Assembly: GCF_001194135.2 (NCBI RefSeq)
Contig: NC_068995.1
Location: 12,192,626-12,232,407, forward strand
Reading direction: 5' to 3'
DNA from: Octopus bimaculoides
Lineage: Eukaryota
Length of the DNA: 39,782 nucleotides
Part shown: in pieces, positions 1-13,493 of the stretch
Numbering within the stretch: the stretch's first letter is position 1
How the letters are laid out: each line of letters opens with the position of its first letter
Program-made: the position numbers and the translations under genes
The notes under the pieces: generated by a model
Seen by the model: the letters and a program-made list of their open reading frames with translations, nothing else
What the model was told of the DNA's origin: nothing
The model's database searches: none

Positions 1-34
<34 letters not shown>

Positions 35-79
35 TATTATTTGTGAATTTATATGTATATATGCTTATATATGTGCGTG

Positions 80-124
<45 letters not shown>
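1..124. repeat. (TA)n / (TG)n microsatellite cluster
   Basis: Direct reading of the sequence. Confidence 0.95.
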
Positions 125-127
<3 letters not shown>

Positions 128-691
128 GTTTGTAGTTACCTACATTTATGTATACACACGCACACACATTTATCAATACCTATTGGTATGTGTTTATGCG
201 CGTGTGCAAATATAAATATGCACATATCAGTGTGTATACGCATGCATGTTTATATGTTTACAATCGTCATTTCGCAAAAGTATCTGGCAAGACTCAATAT
301 ACAGATAAGGTACGCGAAAAACTACACATCTCTACTATACGTATCTTACGCTTAGACACACACTGACACACATATGTAAGTGTGTGTGTATATATATATA
401 TATATATATGTACATATTTATATTCATATTTGTGTTTGTGCGTTTCTATGTATTCTTGTAGTGTCGATTGAAAGACTCTTTAATTATGCTGTATATATAT
501 ACACATCTTACAGCGGTAAGCCTTGTAGTTTTCAGTCTTGACTAACACACAGCTGAAGATGACTATCGCTCATACTAAACGTTAAAGAATCCAGATTTCA
601 CTATCAGGCTTGTAAAACAGTGTTGCCGTGTTATTTGGTGAAGGATCGATTTTTATAGATGGTTATACAAAACCTCCATAAAGATAGGTAC

Positions 692-731
<40 letters not shown>

Positions 732-2129
732 NNNNNNNNNNNNNNNNNNNNNNNNNNNNNNNNNNNNNNNNNNNNNNNNNNNNNNNNNNNNNNNNNNNNN
801 NNNNNNNNNNNNNNNNNNNNNNNNNNNNNNNNNNNNNNNNNNNNNNNNNNNNNNNNNNNNNNNNNNNNNNNNNNNNNNNNNNNNNNNNNNNNNNNNNNNN
901 NNNNNNNNNNNNNNNNNNNNNNNNNNNNNNNNNNNNNNNNNNNNNNNNNNNNNNNNNNNNNNNNNNNNNNNNNNNNNNNNNNNNNNNNNNNNNNNNNNNN
1001 NNNNNNNNNNNNNNNNNNNNNNNNNNNNNNNNNNNNNNNNNNNNNNNNNNNNNNNNNNNNNNNNNNNNNNNNNNNNNNNNNNNNNNNNNNNNNNNNNNNN
1101 NNNNNNNNNNNNNNNNNNNNNNNNNNNNNNNNNNNNNNNNNNNNNNNNNNNNNNNNNNNNNNNNNNNNNNNNNNNNNNNNNNNNNNNNNNNNNNNNNNNN
1201 NNNNNNNNNNNNNNNNNNNNNNNNNNNNNNNNNNNNNNNNNNNNNNNNNNNNNNNNNNNNNNNNNNNNNNNNNNNNNNNNNNNNNNNNNNNNNNNNNNNN
1301 NNNNNNNNNNNNNNNNNNNATATATATATATATATATGTAGACGGTGTGTGTGTATGTATGTATATATATGTGTGTATACGTACATATATTCACGTACAA
1401 ATACATTTATATGGATTTGTGTATTTATGAGTGCGTTGGGGTTTGAGTGCTTGCGTTTGTGTATGGGCGTGCGTGCGTGTGTATTTGCGCGCTTGTGTGT
1501 GTGTGTGTGTATACATATACGCGTAGTAATATTTACCATTGTTCTCATTTATCTATATATTTATCAGTTTGGTTTCGTGTATAGATGGAATGGCACCACT
1601 GTAATGTTTCTTTATCATAAATTGTCAGATTATTTTCTTAGTTATCATACATATTTACTGTTTATTTTGTTTTGTTTTTTTTTTTTTGTTTACCGTGTCA
1701 GACATTCGTTTATGTTATTGTTGAAATATACGTCAATCTACTACAAAACTCTCTTGCTGTTGTTTATCGTAAGTGTTCTCCGTTAGCATCGTTTGTCTTA
1801 GTTTACTATTTTTGATATTCATCTCGAGACAGCGAAGCTCTCAGTTGACGTGTACAATGTTGACTCTTATGAAGGAGATAGATACGTATATTTATTGGCT
1901 AAGCGATAAAACCCTAAATGATTTTGATCTCACTTGATTTAATGTCCAGGATATATATATGTACTTTTTACATGCTTCAATTTAATTTAGTGGAAATTTC
2001 TACAGCTATTCACACTAGCATTTTGAAATCCTTAAAATCTGGAGTTTAAATCATATCACTGGTCTTTCGATTCCGCATTGCGCAGATGGTGCGTTTCCTG
2101 TCAACAGCGTCAGCTTTTTGGAAATACTC

Positions 2130-2320
<191 letters not shown>

Positions 2321-2689
2321 TAAATATACATGTACGTATATACGTCATTAGATGACGCATGAAGTTCGTACAATTTCCTACAGATCAAGTGTTTTTGTTC
2401 AAATCACCTCACTCCCTCCATCAGATGCTCAGGTGTGCCTCAATTCAGAGTAAATACAATGAAATACTTTTAACACGTGACCAATATATTCTTTAAAGAC
2501 AAGAAAATTTATGAGGCTACAATATCATCCGAACGGTTGCTTTCTCTCTCCCCACCCCCCACCCCCTCTCTCTCTCTCTCTCCTCACTCTCACTCTCTCT
2601 CTCTATTGCAAATTATCAATTCAGTCATATTTGGTTGCTATTTCTAGTAGATCGATTGATTACATAAAGGTCCATTTGTTGCAATGAGT

Positions 2690-3355
2690 ACTTGTATTAA
2701 TTCTTAGAGAATATATTGACGCGGTACCGGGTTAGTGTGATGCTCATTCGTTTCCCAGAGATCTTATCGGAGAAATAAAAATTAGCTCGCATTCTTTGAT
2801 AGTCGGCATATCATTTCTTTAGTCTACACCACTTACTGTAGAAATAATATAAATATTGGTATATTTTGATTAAGCAAATCGAATGCCGTGATGGCATGAT
2901 ATAAACGCTAATATCTTTCCTGGGGATATTAGCAGCCTTGTAGAAAAGAAACTGGTTTTCCGTCTTGCAATATCCGGTGTATTAAACTAAATATTGATAT
3001 ATTTTGATTACACAAAAGGCCGACCTCTATATATTTTAGAGAATGTTGTCATGGAATGTTCTATAATTAAATCCTTTACCATGGATATTTACGGCTTTAT
3101 AGAATTGAAAATGGTTTGCTCCCTGCTATAACCAGGATATTAAACTAAACTTTAGTATCTTTTAATTAGGCAAAGGATCCTTTATATATTTTTAAGATTG
3201 CGTCGATGGGATGCTAAAATGTTCATTCGTTTCCAATGGATAGTATCAGCCTTGTGGAACAGAAATTAGGTTGCGGTTTCCGCTTTCTTTATAGACAGGA
3301 TATTAGCTTTCTCTCTAACCGCGCTTACTACAGAAATAATCTAAATATTAGTCTC
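2690..3355. repeat. Old diverged tandem repeat, ~140-195 bp period, about 4 units
   Basis: Anchor TAAATATT(G/A)(G/A)TAT.TTTT.ATTA recurs at 2850, 2988, 3146 and partly 3342. GATA....AGCCTTGT.GAA-like motif at ~2925, ~3084, ~3239. CATTCGTTTCC at 2745 and 3224. Confidence 0.7.
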
Positions 3356-3836
3356 CTATACAATTACATTTCAATGTGCTGTGTTATATGGAAAAATGGA
3401 ATCGTATACCACTAATAAACATTTCGGGGAAATTATTCTAGCAAAAATAGCAGTTTTAGCACAAACTGAAGCAATTAAAACCCTTAAAAGAAGGGAAGAC
3501 ATGTGATTTCTTCAGACATTTGTATTGTAAACATTGTTTTGGTTTTCAGTCTTAATTAACCTCGAAGGTATTCAATATCTGCTCTCCTGGCTGGATTACT
3601 ACTTTGGTAGAATTACAGGAGGAATCCATCTAAACAGTGATTGTAAATGGACAGGGTAACCGTGTGGCGATTGGCACTGAGTTACAAGCGATGTTTATGT
3701 ATCATTTGTACGGGGGAAAGAGAATTGAAAGAGAGGGAGGTTTATATAAAAAGGCAAAAGGAGAGAGCAGCATACACACACAAACACACACAGGCACGTA
3801 TACATATATGTGTGCATGCACACATAATACATACAT

Positions 3837-3871
<35 letters not shown>

Positions 3872-5667
3872 TATANNNNNNNNNNNNNNNNNNNNNNNNN
3901 NNNNNNNNNNNNNNNNNNNNNNNNNNNNNNNNNNNNNNNNNNNNNNNNNNNNNNNNNNNNNNNNNNNNNNNNNNNNNNNNNNNNNNNNNNNNNNNNNNNN
4001 NNNNNNNNNNNNNNNNNNNNNNNNNNNNNNNNNNNNNNNNNNNNNNNNNNNNNNNNNATATATATATATATATATATATATATACAGCAATTAAAACAAT
4101 ACACGCACACATATACACACACTCGCTCACACATACACACACGCATAAACACACGGAAAGTAGACCCGCACAGTAGCGTCACAAACTCACAAATGTCTGA
4201 ATGTCTGAAAGACTCATATATACACACGCACACGTATACTGGAAGTATGAACACGCACGAGTACATGTAGACACACACACGCATATTTCCCTCCCATGCC
4301 TACACACGCAAACATTAGCGCCATAAACACACGCATGTCCGAACCCGCTATCGTACTTACATATACACGCACACATTAGCCTTCATACACAGATACGTGC
4401 TTGCTCGCGCATATATGTCGGGTCATTGTTGTCTCCCTGGCCACTCACGTCTCAAGTCAACTCCTTCCTCTTTCAGTCATTCCAACAATCTCTGACCATT
4501 TAATTCAGACACGATTCTGTTTTCTCTCTCCTCATCTACCTTTCCTGTAAAACAGCGTAGGTTCGAAACGTTAAAAAATTCTTCCGTTTTTTTCTGAGCA
4601 TCACCCTAATAGATATTGTTATTTCTTCTGAAATCGCGTCCTTATTTTTGGACTATACACACATACACATAACACGTACACAGACATACATATAGGAAGT
4701 TGTGAGAGAGAGAGGGAGAGCGCGAGGTGGATAAGTTTAAAATATAGACACAGAGCAATGAATACAGCAACAGACACAAAATAGAAAGATTAAAGTCAGA
4801 AGAAATAGTTAGAAATATATATATATATATATATACTATTCATAAACAAGAATATCATTGACAGTGACATATATATATATACATAAACATTTACATACAA
4901 GCAAATACACATATATTTCACATATATATTATATATANNNNNNNNNNNNNNNNNNNNNNNNNNNNNNNNNNNNNNNNNNNNNNNNNNNNNNNNNNNNNNN
5001 NNNNNNNNNNNNNNNNNNNNNNNNNNNNNNNNNNNNNNNNNNNNNNNNNNNNNNNNNNNNNNNNNNNNNNNNNNNNNNNNNNNNNNNNNNNNNNNNNNNN
5101 NNNNNNNNNNNNNNNNNNNNNNNNNNNNNNNNNNNNNNNNNNNNNNNNNNNNNNNNNNNNNNNNNNNNNNNNNNNNNNNNNNNNNNNNNNNNNNNNNNNN
5201 NNNNNNNNNNNNNNNNNNNNNNNNNNNNNNNNNNNNNNNNNNNNNNNNNNNNNNNNNNNNNNNNNNNNNNNNNNNNNNNNNNNNNNNNNNNNNNNNNNNN
5301 NNNNNNNNNNNNNNNNNNNNNNNNNNNNNNNNNNNNNNNNNNNNNNNNNNNNNNNNNNNNNNNNNNNNNNNNNNNNNNNNNNNNNNNNNNNNNNNNNNNN
5401 NNNNNNNNNNNNNNNNNNNNNNNNNNNNNNNNNNNNNNNNNNNNNNNNNNNTATATATATATATATATGGTTTCGTATTAAATATCAGTAAAAGAAAAAA
5501 AAAGTATCGATACTGATATCTTTTTGTGTTCGTATTATCTTCTTGCTACTCGGAGTTTCACCTGTAGAGACACAGAATTTTTCTCTTTTGTTTTCACTAC
5601 TGAACTGAACCTCCTGTGTGAAACTCATAGAAGCAGGGGGATGACTCGACTGAAAATACACACGCAT

Positions 5668-5715
<48 letters not shown>

Positions 5716-6011
5716 ATACATACACACATATATATATAAATATATATATATACCGAAATTTAAATAGAGATATAATATATCTATGTACCCATGCGGATAT
5801 ACATGCACGTGTATATAGATATCTATATGCAAGCATATATACATATGAATATGCGAGTGTTTGAGCATATATATATACATGTATATATATATGCATATAT
5901 AATAATCAGGAACGCACACGATTACACATAGACAGATACAAGTATACACACACAAGAGCACACACACGTACATTCACACACATGTGCACGCACGCACACA
6001 CACACGCATTC

Positions 6012-6047
<36 letters not shown>

Positions 6048-6704
6048 ATGAATGCGTGTGTACAATTTGATAATATTTTGGTAGAAAAAGTTACAAGCAC
6101 TTAAATAAGATTTGCGATACGCTTATATAAACTGAAACACAATGTTTATTCGTGTTGAACGTAAAGGTATTACAAAGTAGAATGTTGATTGGCGTTATCG
6201 TAATTGGTCTGTTGGTTAGCATTATTCACCAGCAAATTCTGATTATATTACTTGTAATTGCATAAATTGCTACTAATCTTTTTTAAAACAATCATGACAT
6301 TGTGATGTCAGCAGTGATTTATTTTATTTTCGGCACTTATTTTCAGAAATACCCGAGAAAAAAATTTCCCCAAATGACGGCAGACTGAAATTATTATTTT
6401 GCTTAGCATTGGAGTACAGAGGCGAATGATGAAACAGATTGAAGCATTTGCTTCGCTCTTCTTTAATGAAATCATATTTATCTGGGTTATATGTTACTCC
6501 TAATTGACACTCTGGCGTAGCTAACGTCAAAAAGAATTCAAGAATTCAGACAAAAATCCGGGCTAGAAATGTTTGACGGTATAACCCACGAAACAGCATT
6601 GATGTCATATAATTTGTGTTGCAATGTACTTTCTCTCACACTGATAGGGAAATATTATTTGAAGAGGTAAGTTTATTAGTTGTTCGATATATCTCTCTAT
6701 ATAT

Positions 6705-6706
<2 letters not shown>

Positions 6707-6783
<77 letters not shown>
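6707..6783. repeat. (CA)n microsatellite running into a gap
   Basis: Direct reading. Confidence 0.95.
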
Positions 6784-8324
6784 NNNNNNNNNNNNNNNNN
6801 NNNNNNNNNNNNNNNNNNNNNNNNNNNNNNNNNNNNNNNNNNNNNNNNNNNNNNNNNNNNNNNNNNNNNNNNNNNNNNNNNNNNNNNNNNNNNNNNNNNN
6901 NNNNNNNNNNNNNNNNNNNNNNNNNNNNNNNNNNNNNNNNNNNNNNNNNNNNNNNNNNNNNNNNNNNNNNNNNNNNNNNNNNNNNNNNNNNNNNNNNNNN
7001 NNNNNNNNNNNNNNNNNNNNNNNNNNNNNNNNNNNNNNNNNNNNNNNNNNNNNNNNNNNNNNNNNNNNNNNNNNNNNNNNNNNNNNNNNNNNNNNNNNNN
7101 NNNNNNNNNNNNNNNNNNNNNNNNNNNNNNNNNNNNNNNNNNNNNNNNNNNNNNNNNNNNNNNNNNNNNNNNNNNATATATACATAAGTATATAAATGTA
7201 CATAGGTATATATATATATATGTAAATATATGTATATAGATACATATCTCTCTCTGTGTATGGATATTGCTTTTTACCCAGAACGTTATTTACGAAGCTA
7301 ATTACTCTTCCAATTTTTTTCTTCGATTCGATGATACATTCTATACATATATTTATAGTTTAATAATCAATTCAGATAATTAAAATTTTAATTTAGATTA
7401 TAGTGGTACGCCGTTTTATTTCCTTTGAAATTCAAATTTGTCTAACAAGAGGCACAATTCGAAAATTGCGTCAACTCTACTCGGTTGAGCTACTAACACA
7501 AACTGGCTGCATTAAATAAACTTACAATTTAAAATCTCGTTCTTTTTTCGCTATCTCCTGGTGAAGTTTCAATATATATTTAGTCTTACATGTCTGATCA
7601 CATGCAGAAGCAGATATTTGTCAAGTGATGCGAATATAGCTGTGTTAAGTTGTGTTAAATATAGTTATGTTAAACTCTGTATAAGGATTGGGAACGCATT
7701 AAATGATTAGCGTTGGATTTCACGTATATAAGCATTTATATATACGCTGTAGAAATCTTAACACAGCCTTAGACTTTCTCTTTATTTCGAAGCTAAATTA
7801 TGTTCATATATTTGTGTAAGTGAGTGCATTTGTATTTTTTCTGTGTTTGTGTTTGAGCCTGGATGTCTGCCGTGATTTTATACGCTAGGTGGACTGTTTG
7901 CATACAGCTGCAAGCTTTTTAAGTTATATCTATACGACCACAAATGCTGATATATTACTTTCGAAAACTAGTTTTCTGATATGCACAATTTGATTTCAAC
8001 TTTAATTTCAAGAGATCATCCATCTTAGAAGAATGGTGTTGAAACCAAACATGAAAGCTTTCCCCACTCACGGCAAAATTTAATTTAAATGAAGATTTGG
8101 TTAAACTTACGAAAACAAACAAAAACACAATTACTTGTATTAGCATTCATATTGCTATGAAATATTTGTAAATATCAAATTTCCTTAAAGAGCGAAAGGG
8201 GTGGATAATCAAAGAAAGTATATAAGTGAGTATCAGTGCAATCTTTGACTTCCATTCAACGCCCATATCCAGTGTGGCCTATAGGGTTTCGCGTACGTAC
8301 GTACATACATACTTATATATATAT

Positions 8325-8361
<37 letters not shown>

Positions 8362-8494
8362 GAGGGAGTGAAAGACATAGAAGAAAATATATGTATGAAT
8401 ATATTAATCTACGTATATATACATATATATATATAATGTGTAATATATATTGGTGCATACCCGGCCACATGCATGCACACACAAACACACATAG

Positions 8495-8496
<2 letters not shown>

Positions 8497-8555
<59 letters not shown>
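8497..8555. repeat. (TG)n microsatellite
   Basis: Direct reading. Confidence 0.95.
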
Positions 8556-8558
<3 letters not shown>

Positions 8559-8951
8559 GTGGAGTGTAGAAATAGAATCAACTCAGATTGACTGTATGAG
8601 CGTATAAAAGAAAACACTGAATTCTAATGGCATATATCTTATAGAGAAATCATATATCACAGAACACTATTTGTGTAATTATGTATGTATGTCTGTATGT
8701 ATGTATGCATGTGCACATGTATGCATATATGTATGTATGTATGCATTCATATGTATGTATGTCGTTGTTTGGTGATGAATCTTGAAAACATTAGGCATAA
8801 TTGATAAATTATTACACAAAAAAATTAGTAACGCGAAATGCATGAAGCTAAACTTTAGTCCTATTCACAAATTGTAAAGTAATTAATACACTTTGAAATA
8901 TAGAGGGACAGTTAATTGGTCGCACAACTTAACACCAACACTGTGTCTTAG

Positions 8952-9004
8952 CATGTCTGTGACGTTGCAAGCAATAAGATTAGAGCTATTCCAGACATGT
9001 TTGC
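8952..9004 (+). CDS. Candidate 53 nt exon, LRR-like peptide HVCDVASNKIRAIPDMF
   Basis: tgtgtcttag acceptor and gtaagt donor. The peptide resembles the LRR xLxxNxIxxIP pattern, but it is short and could be chance. Confidence 0.2.
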
Positions 9005-9098
9005 GTAAGTGTGTGTGTGTGTAATTGTATGTATGTGTCCGTGTTTGTGTGTATACGAGCGAGTGGACAAACGAAAGGGGCATTCTACACATGTTGTA

Positions 9099-9129
<31 letters not shown>

Positions 9130-9134
<5 letters not shown>

Positions 9135-9141
9135 ATTATTA

Positions 9142-9236
<95 letters not shown>

Positions 9237-9237
9237 T
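9130..9237. repeat. (TTA)n microsatellite, i.e. (TAA)n at the 3' end of the minus-strand RLE element
   Basis: About 35 TTA units with one TCA interruption, ~180 nt beyond the element's stop codon. Confidence 0.95.
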
Positions 9238-10240
9238 TGTTGTTGTTTGTTTTTCTGCTTTCTTCAAATTTTCTTCCATTTCTTGCCGAGTGTTTTCCGT
9301 ACACCTAGGGCAGAGAAACTCATTGCATGCATTCCCAGTTTACACACGCAAATTCACAGGTAAAATATGTATTAAAAAAATAAATAAATAAATAATTTCA
9401 TGAATGGATGCTATTTTCACCGCGATAATGCTCTTCTCAGTAGATGAGTCGTTGCAGGTAATACGATTTTTTGCACTTCCGGTAGGGATGGTAAGCCTGG
9501 TATCATTTTCAAATAGGTTTCATTACTTTTTCTTTATTATTCCTAGAGATCCTACAATCACTGGTATGGTAGTCGCCTTGAGGTGCGACATTTTTTTCAA
9601 TTTCTATTAGCAAGTCTTTATATTTACTGATCTTGCCAAATTCTTTCGGCGCTATATTTTGATCGCAAGGAATGCTCATGTCGATTAATAAACATATCTT
9701 CTTTCTCTGATCTCTTATAATAAAATCCGGTTTATTAGCTTCTATAATTTTGTCAGTATGTACGGGGAAGTCCTAGAGAATCGACACATTTTCTCCCTCA
9801 GTCACAACTTCAGAATGGTGTTTATACCATTTGTCAGCGGGTTTGATTTTATAATGCCGACATATTGTCCAGTGTAAATAATGGCCGACACTGTAACGTC
9901 TTGCTTTATATTTTACAGGTGCTAAGACTCTACACCCTGAGATTAGGTGGTCTATAGTTTCAATCTCATCGTTTCAGAATCGGCATTGTGGGTCAGCTCC
10001 ATTTTTTATCACGTTGGCTTGGTAGTTAATAAGCTTTGGTCTTGGCAGCTAATATGAAACCTCCACTCTCTGCTTTTAGCCCTGAGCTTCGTAACCATTG
10101 ATGCGTGTGTTCTGGTTGACATCAGCTTGTTTGCTATGGGCCACATACTTACCATGCAGAATTCCAGTCAGCTTTGATTTATCCCTATGCAACATAAAGC
10201 TTCGTACACTTGTTACAAGAATCTAGTTCATCTTGTTATA
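9238..10240 (-). mobile_element. 5'-truncated, decayed non-LTR retrotransposon with RLE endonuclease (R4/Dong-like); C-terminal region plus 3' UTR
   Basis: Manual minus-strand translation across frameshifts and stops: ..LHGKYV..HQWLRSSGLKAESGGFILAA(Q)DQSL..PQCRF*NDEIETIDHLISGC (CCHC knuckle, 2nd Cys is TGA at 9974-9976)..YLHWTICRHY..KWYKH..IL*DFPVHTDKIIEANKPDFIIRD..CLLIDMSIPCDQNIAPKEFGKISKYKDL..IPVIVGSLG..EVQKIVLPATTHLLRRALSR* (stop 9417-9419). This is the typical zinc-knuckle plus PD..D RLE C-terminus. Confidence 0.9.
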
Positions 10241-10260
10241 GATCATGATAATAATAATAA

Positions 10261-10475
10261 TCCTTTCTACTAAAGGCACAGTGCCTGAAATTTGGGAGGA
10301 GGGGATTAAGTCGATTACATCGACCTCAGTACTCCACTGGTACTTATTTCATCGACCCCGAAAGGATGAAAGGTAAAGTCGACCTCGCCAGAATTTGAAC
10401 CTCAGAACGTGAAGACGAACGAAATACCGCTAAGCATTTTGCCCGGCCGTGCTAACGATTCTGCCAGCTCACCGC
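10261..10475 (-). mobile_element. tRNA-derived SINE, copy A (tail type 1)
   Basis: Minus strand starts GCGGTGAGCTGGCAGAATCGTTAGC (A-box-like TGGCAGAA) and has a B-box-like GGTTCAAATTC. Core matches 4 other copies in the window. Flanked by ATGATAATAATAATAAT at 10245-10261 and 10479-10495. Confidence 0.85.
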
Positions 10476-10481
10476 TTTATG

Positions 10482-10522
<41 letters not shown>

Positions 10523-10551
10523 GTGGAGAAGAATAACACACACACACGCGC

Positions 10552-10625
<74 letters not shown>

Positions 10626-10981
10626 CTATATACTGTATATATAAATATATGTATAGTAGAAGATCGTGCATGTATGTATTTTTGCGTTTTTTTGTTTTTA
10701 CATCTATGTGATTACAGATTTTTGGGGGACTTTTTTAAATTTTGTTTTAGCATGTATTTGCCTTATATCGATAAAATGTATAATCATATGCTGTACTAAT
10801 TGCCTCTTTCTAAATGGGCATAAGTCACGGCTGTGCTTTTAAAAAATCTGGTTCAGAACTATTTGATTCTAATTTCGAATCACCGGGGCGACAACTTTTG
10901 GTAAATTTACCATTCCAAACTTTATGTATGTATGTTTGTATGTATGAATGTATGTGTTTGTATGTATGTACGTTACCATAA

Positions 10982-11027
<46 letters not shown>

Positions 11028-11476
11028 GCTTACCCGAACTCATATATTCATATATACAGGCATATTCTGAATTTTCGAGATATGTGAGAATTCTCTAACA
11101 AGAATGAGTAGCTCATTAACTCCAATCTTGAACGCAGTGAAATCATATATAACCATTTGATAGGATTACAATATACAACTCAATGTGTAAGTAATTTAAT
11201 GCCGTACCATTCAGCAAGATTTTTGCTAATTTATTAACTGTTGGTGCAATCACTGTAAAATTATCTGGTCATTTCGCCATCGTTAACAATATAACGTGGA
11301 CATAAGTACAAGTAGCTTTTTTTCTTTCCTTGTTTATTTCTCGTCTTCGTAACAATTAGTCTGAAGTGTTCGTTTTGTTTAGCTGCCTGTTTTTCCATCA
11401 CTGAATTCGTCCACTTGAAAACTACACTCTTGGCATAAATCGCAAATACCAATTTAGTAAGGTATGTATAGCTACA

Positions 11477-11514
<38 letters not shown>

Positions 11515-12317
11515 NNNNNNNNNNNNNNNNNNNNNNNNNNNNNNNNNNNNNNNNNNNNNNNNNNNNNNNNNNNNNNNNNNNNNNNNNNNNNNNNNNNNNN
11601 NNNNNNNNNNNNNNNNNNNNNNNNNNNNNNNNNNNNNNNNNNNNNNNNNNNNNNNNNNNNNNNNNNNNNNNNNNNNNNNNNNNNNNNNNNNNNNNNNNNN
11701 NNNNNNNNNNNNNNNNNNNNNNNNNNNNNNNNNNNNNNNNNNNNNNNNNNNNNNNNNNNNNNNNNNNNNNNNNNNNNNNNNNNNNNNNNNNNNNNNNNNN
11801 NNNNNNNNNNNNNNNNNNNNNNNNNNNNNNNNNNNNNNNNNNNNNNNNNNNNNNNNNNNNNNNNNNNNNNNNNNNNNNNNNNNNNNNNNNNNNNNNNNNN
11901 NNNNNNNNNNNNNNNNNNNNNNNNNNNNNNNNNNNNNNNNNNNNNNNNNNNNNNNNNNNNNNNNNNNNNNNNNNNNNNNNNNNNNNNNNNNNNNNNNNNN
12001 NNNNNNNNNNNNNNNNNNNNNNNNNNNNNNNNNNNNNNNNNNNNNNNNNNNNNNNNNNNNNNNNNNNNNNNNNNNNNNNNNNNNNNNNNNNNNNNNNNNN
12101 NNNNNNNNNNNNNNNNNNNNNNNNNNNNNNNNNNNNNNNNNNNNNNNNNNNNNNNNNNNNNNNNNNNNNNNNNNNNNNNNNNNNNNNNNNNNNNNNNNNN
12201 NNNNNNNNNNNNNNNNNNNNNNNNNNNNNNNNNNNNNNNNNNNNNNNNNNNNNNNNNNNNNNNNNNNNNNNNNNNNNNNNNNNNNNNNNNNNNNNNNNNN
12301 NNNNNNNNNNNNNNNNN

Positions 12318-12367
<50 letters not shown>

Positions 12368-12855
12368 ACATACGTATACATATATGCACGTATGATCATA
12401 CTTTCGTTATTTGCACGTTACATATCCTTATGTACATATAACCGTGTACGCGTTTATATGTGTTCCTAATTATATTTTTCCAATTTCTCCCCAATGGAGT
12501 GTTTATTTGTTTGCGCCACATGATTTGTGCCAATTTGTTCTCTAACGAAGCAGTAAATATTTTCTTGATTTTTACACAATAATTCACATTCCAACACTTC
12601 ACTGCATTTACAATTTTTCTCTCCATTTCATCGGCTGAAATCAGACTTTAGCTTAAATATCCAAGGATGCCTATATATACATGTGTGTATATATACATAC
12701 ATATGTGTGAGTGTGTTTATATGTGTCATACATATATTACGTTGATACATGTGCGTATATGTGTATGAGGTATGCATGATGTATGCATATATATATATAT
12801 ATATATATATATACCTGTATTTATACATGTGTGTATGTGTACAAATAGAGAGGTG

Positions 12856-12894
<39 letters not shown>

Positions 12895-13472
12895 NNNNNN
12901 NNNNTAAGTATATGATTGCGTGTATTATGCATGAGTATGTATAATCATGTATTTATTTATATGTGTATGCAGAAATTCTGACGCATATTTATTCAGGAAT
13001 TCCTGTACTGAAGCTTACGAACCGTAACCAATCGACAAACGCACAGGCATGTTTGTGTAGATGTATATCTGTTGGCCTCCATAATTTTTTGTATGCATAT
13101 ATTTATGGAGGCCTATGTGTGTACGTCTTCGTGTTTCATTTCTTGTTAGGAGTTCATTTGTACTCATATACATACATTTCTGCAGCTGCGACACCCTTGT
13201 AAACTTAATAATTCAGGGGACACACATACAAAATAAAGGATAATTTTCAGAAGTAGTAACTTCGATGGTCATTTTCGTGGATGATCTGTGAAATGACTCA
13301 CATATTTTCTTATAAACTCGTTTCGGTTTCGTTATAGTTCTCGTGTTTCGTGAAAAACAAAGAAAAGACGTTCTTTCTGACAAATACTTAATGACTCATT
13401 TGGTAAAGATGTTTATTTAAGTTTCGTTCACACGACGAGACATCATGAAATGGTCGTTTTCTTCTAACGCAG

Positions 13473-13493
13473 CATCCGTTTGAACTCTATTTC
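13473..13493 (+). CDS. Candidate 21 nt microexon
   Basis: gtcgttttcttctaacgcag|CATCCGTTTGAACTCTATTTC|gtgagt; polypyrimidine tract and near-consensus donor; symmetric length. Confidence 0.3.

Noticed and set aside
552-585. CTGAAGATGA..TCAT motif resembling a hammerhead start
   Set aside because: The GAAA box is missing (ACTAAAC) and no stems I/III are evident.
11375-11460. + strand exon candidate (tttag ... AAG|gtatgt)
   Set aside because: Stops in all three frames; could only be non-coding and has no other support.
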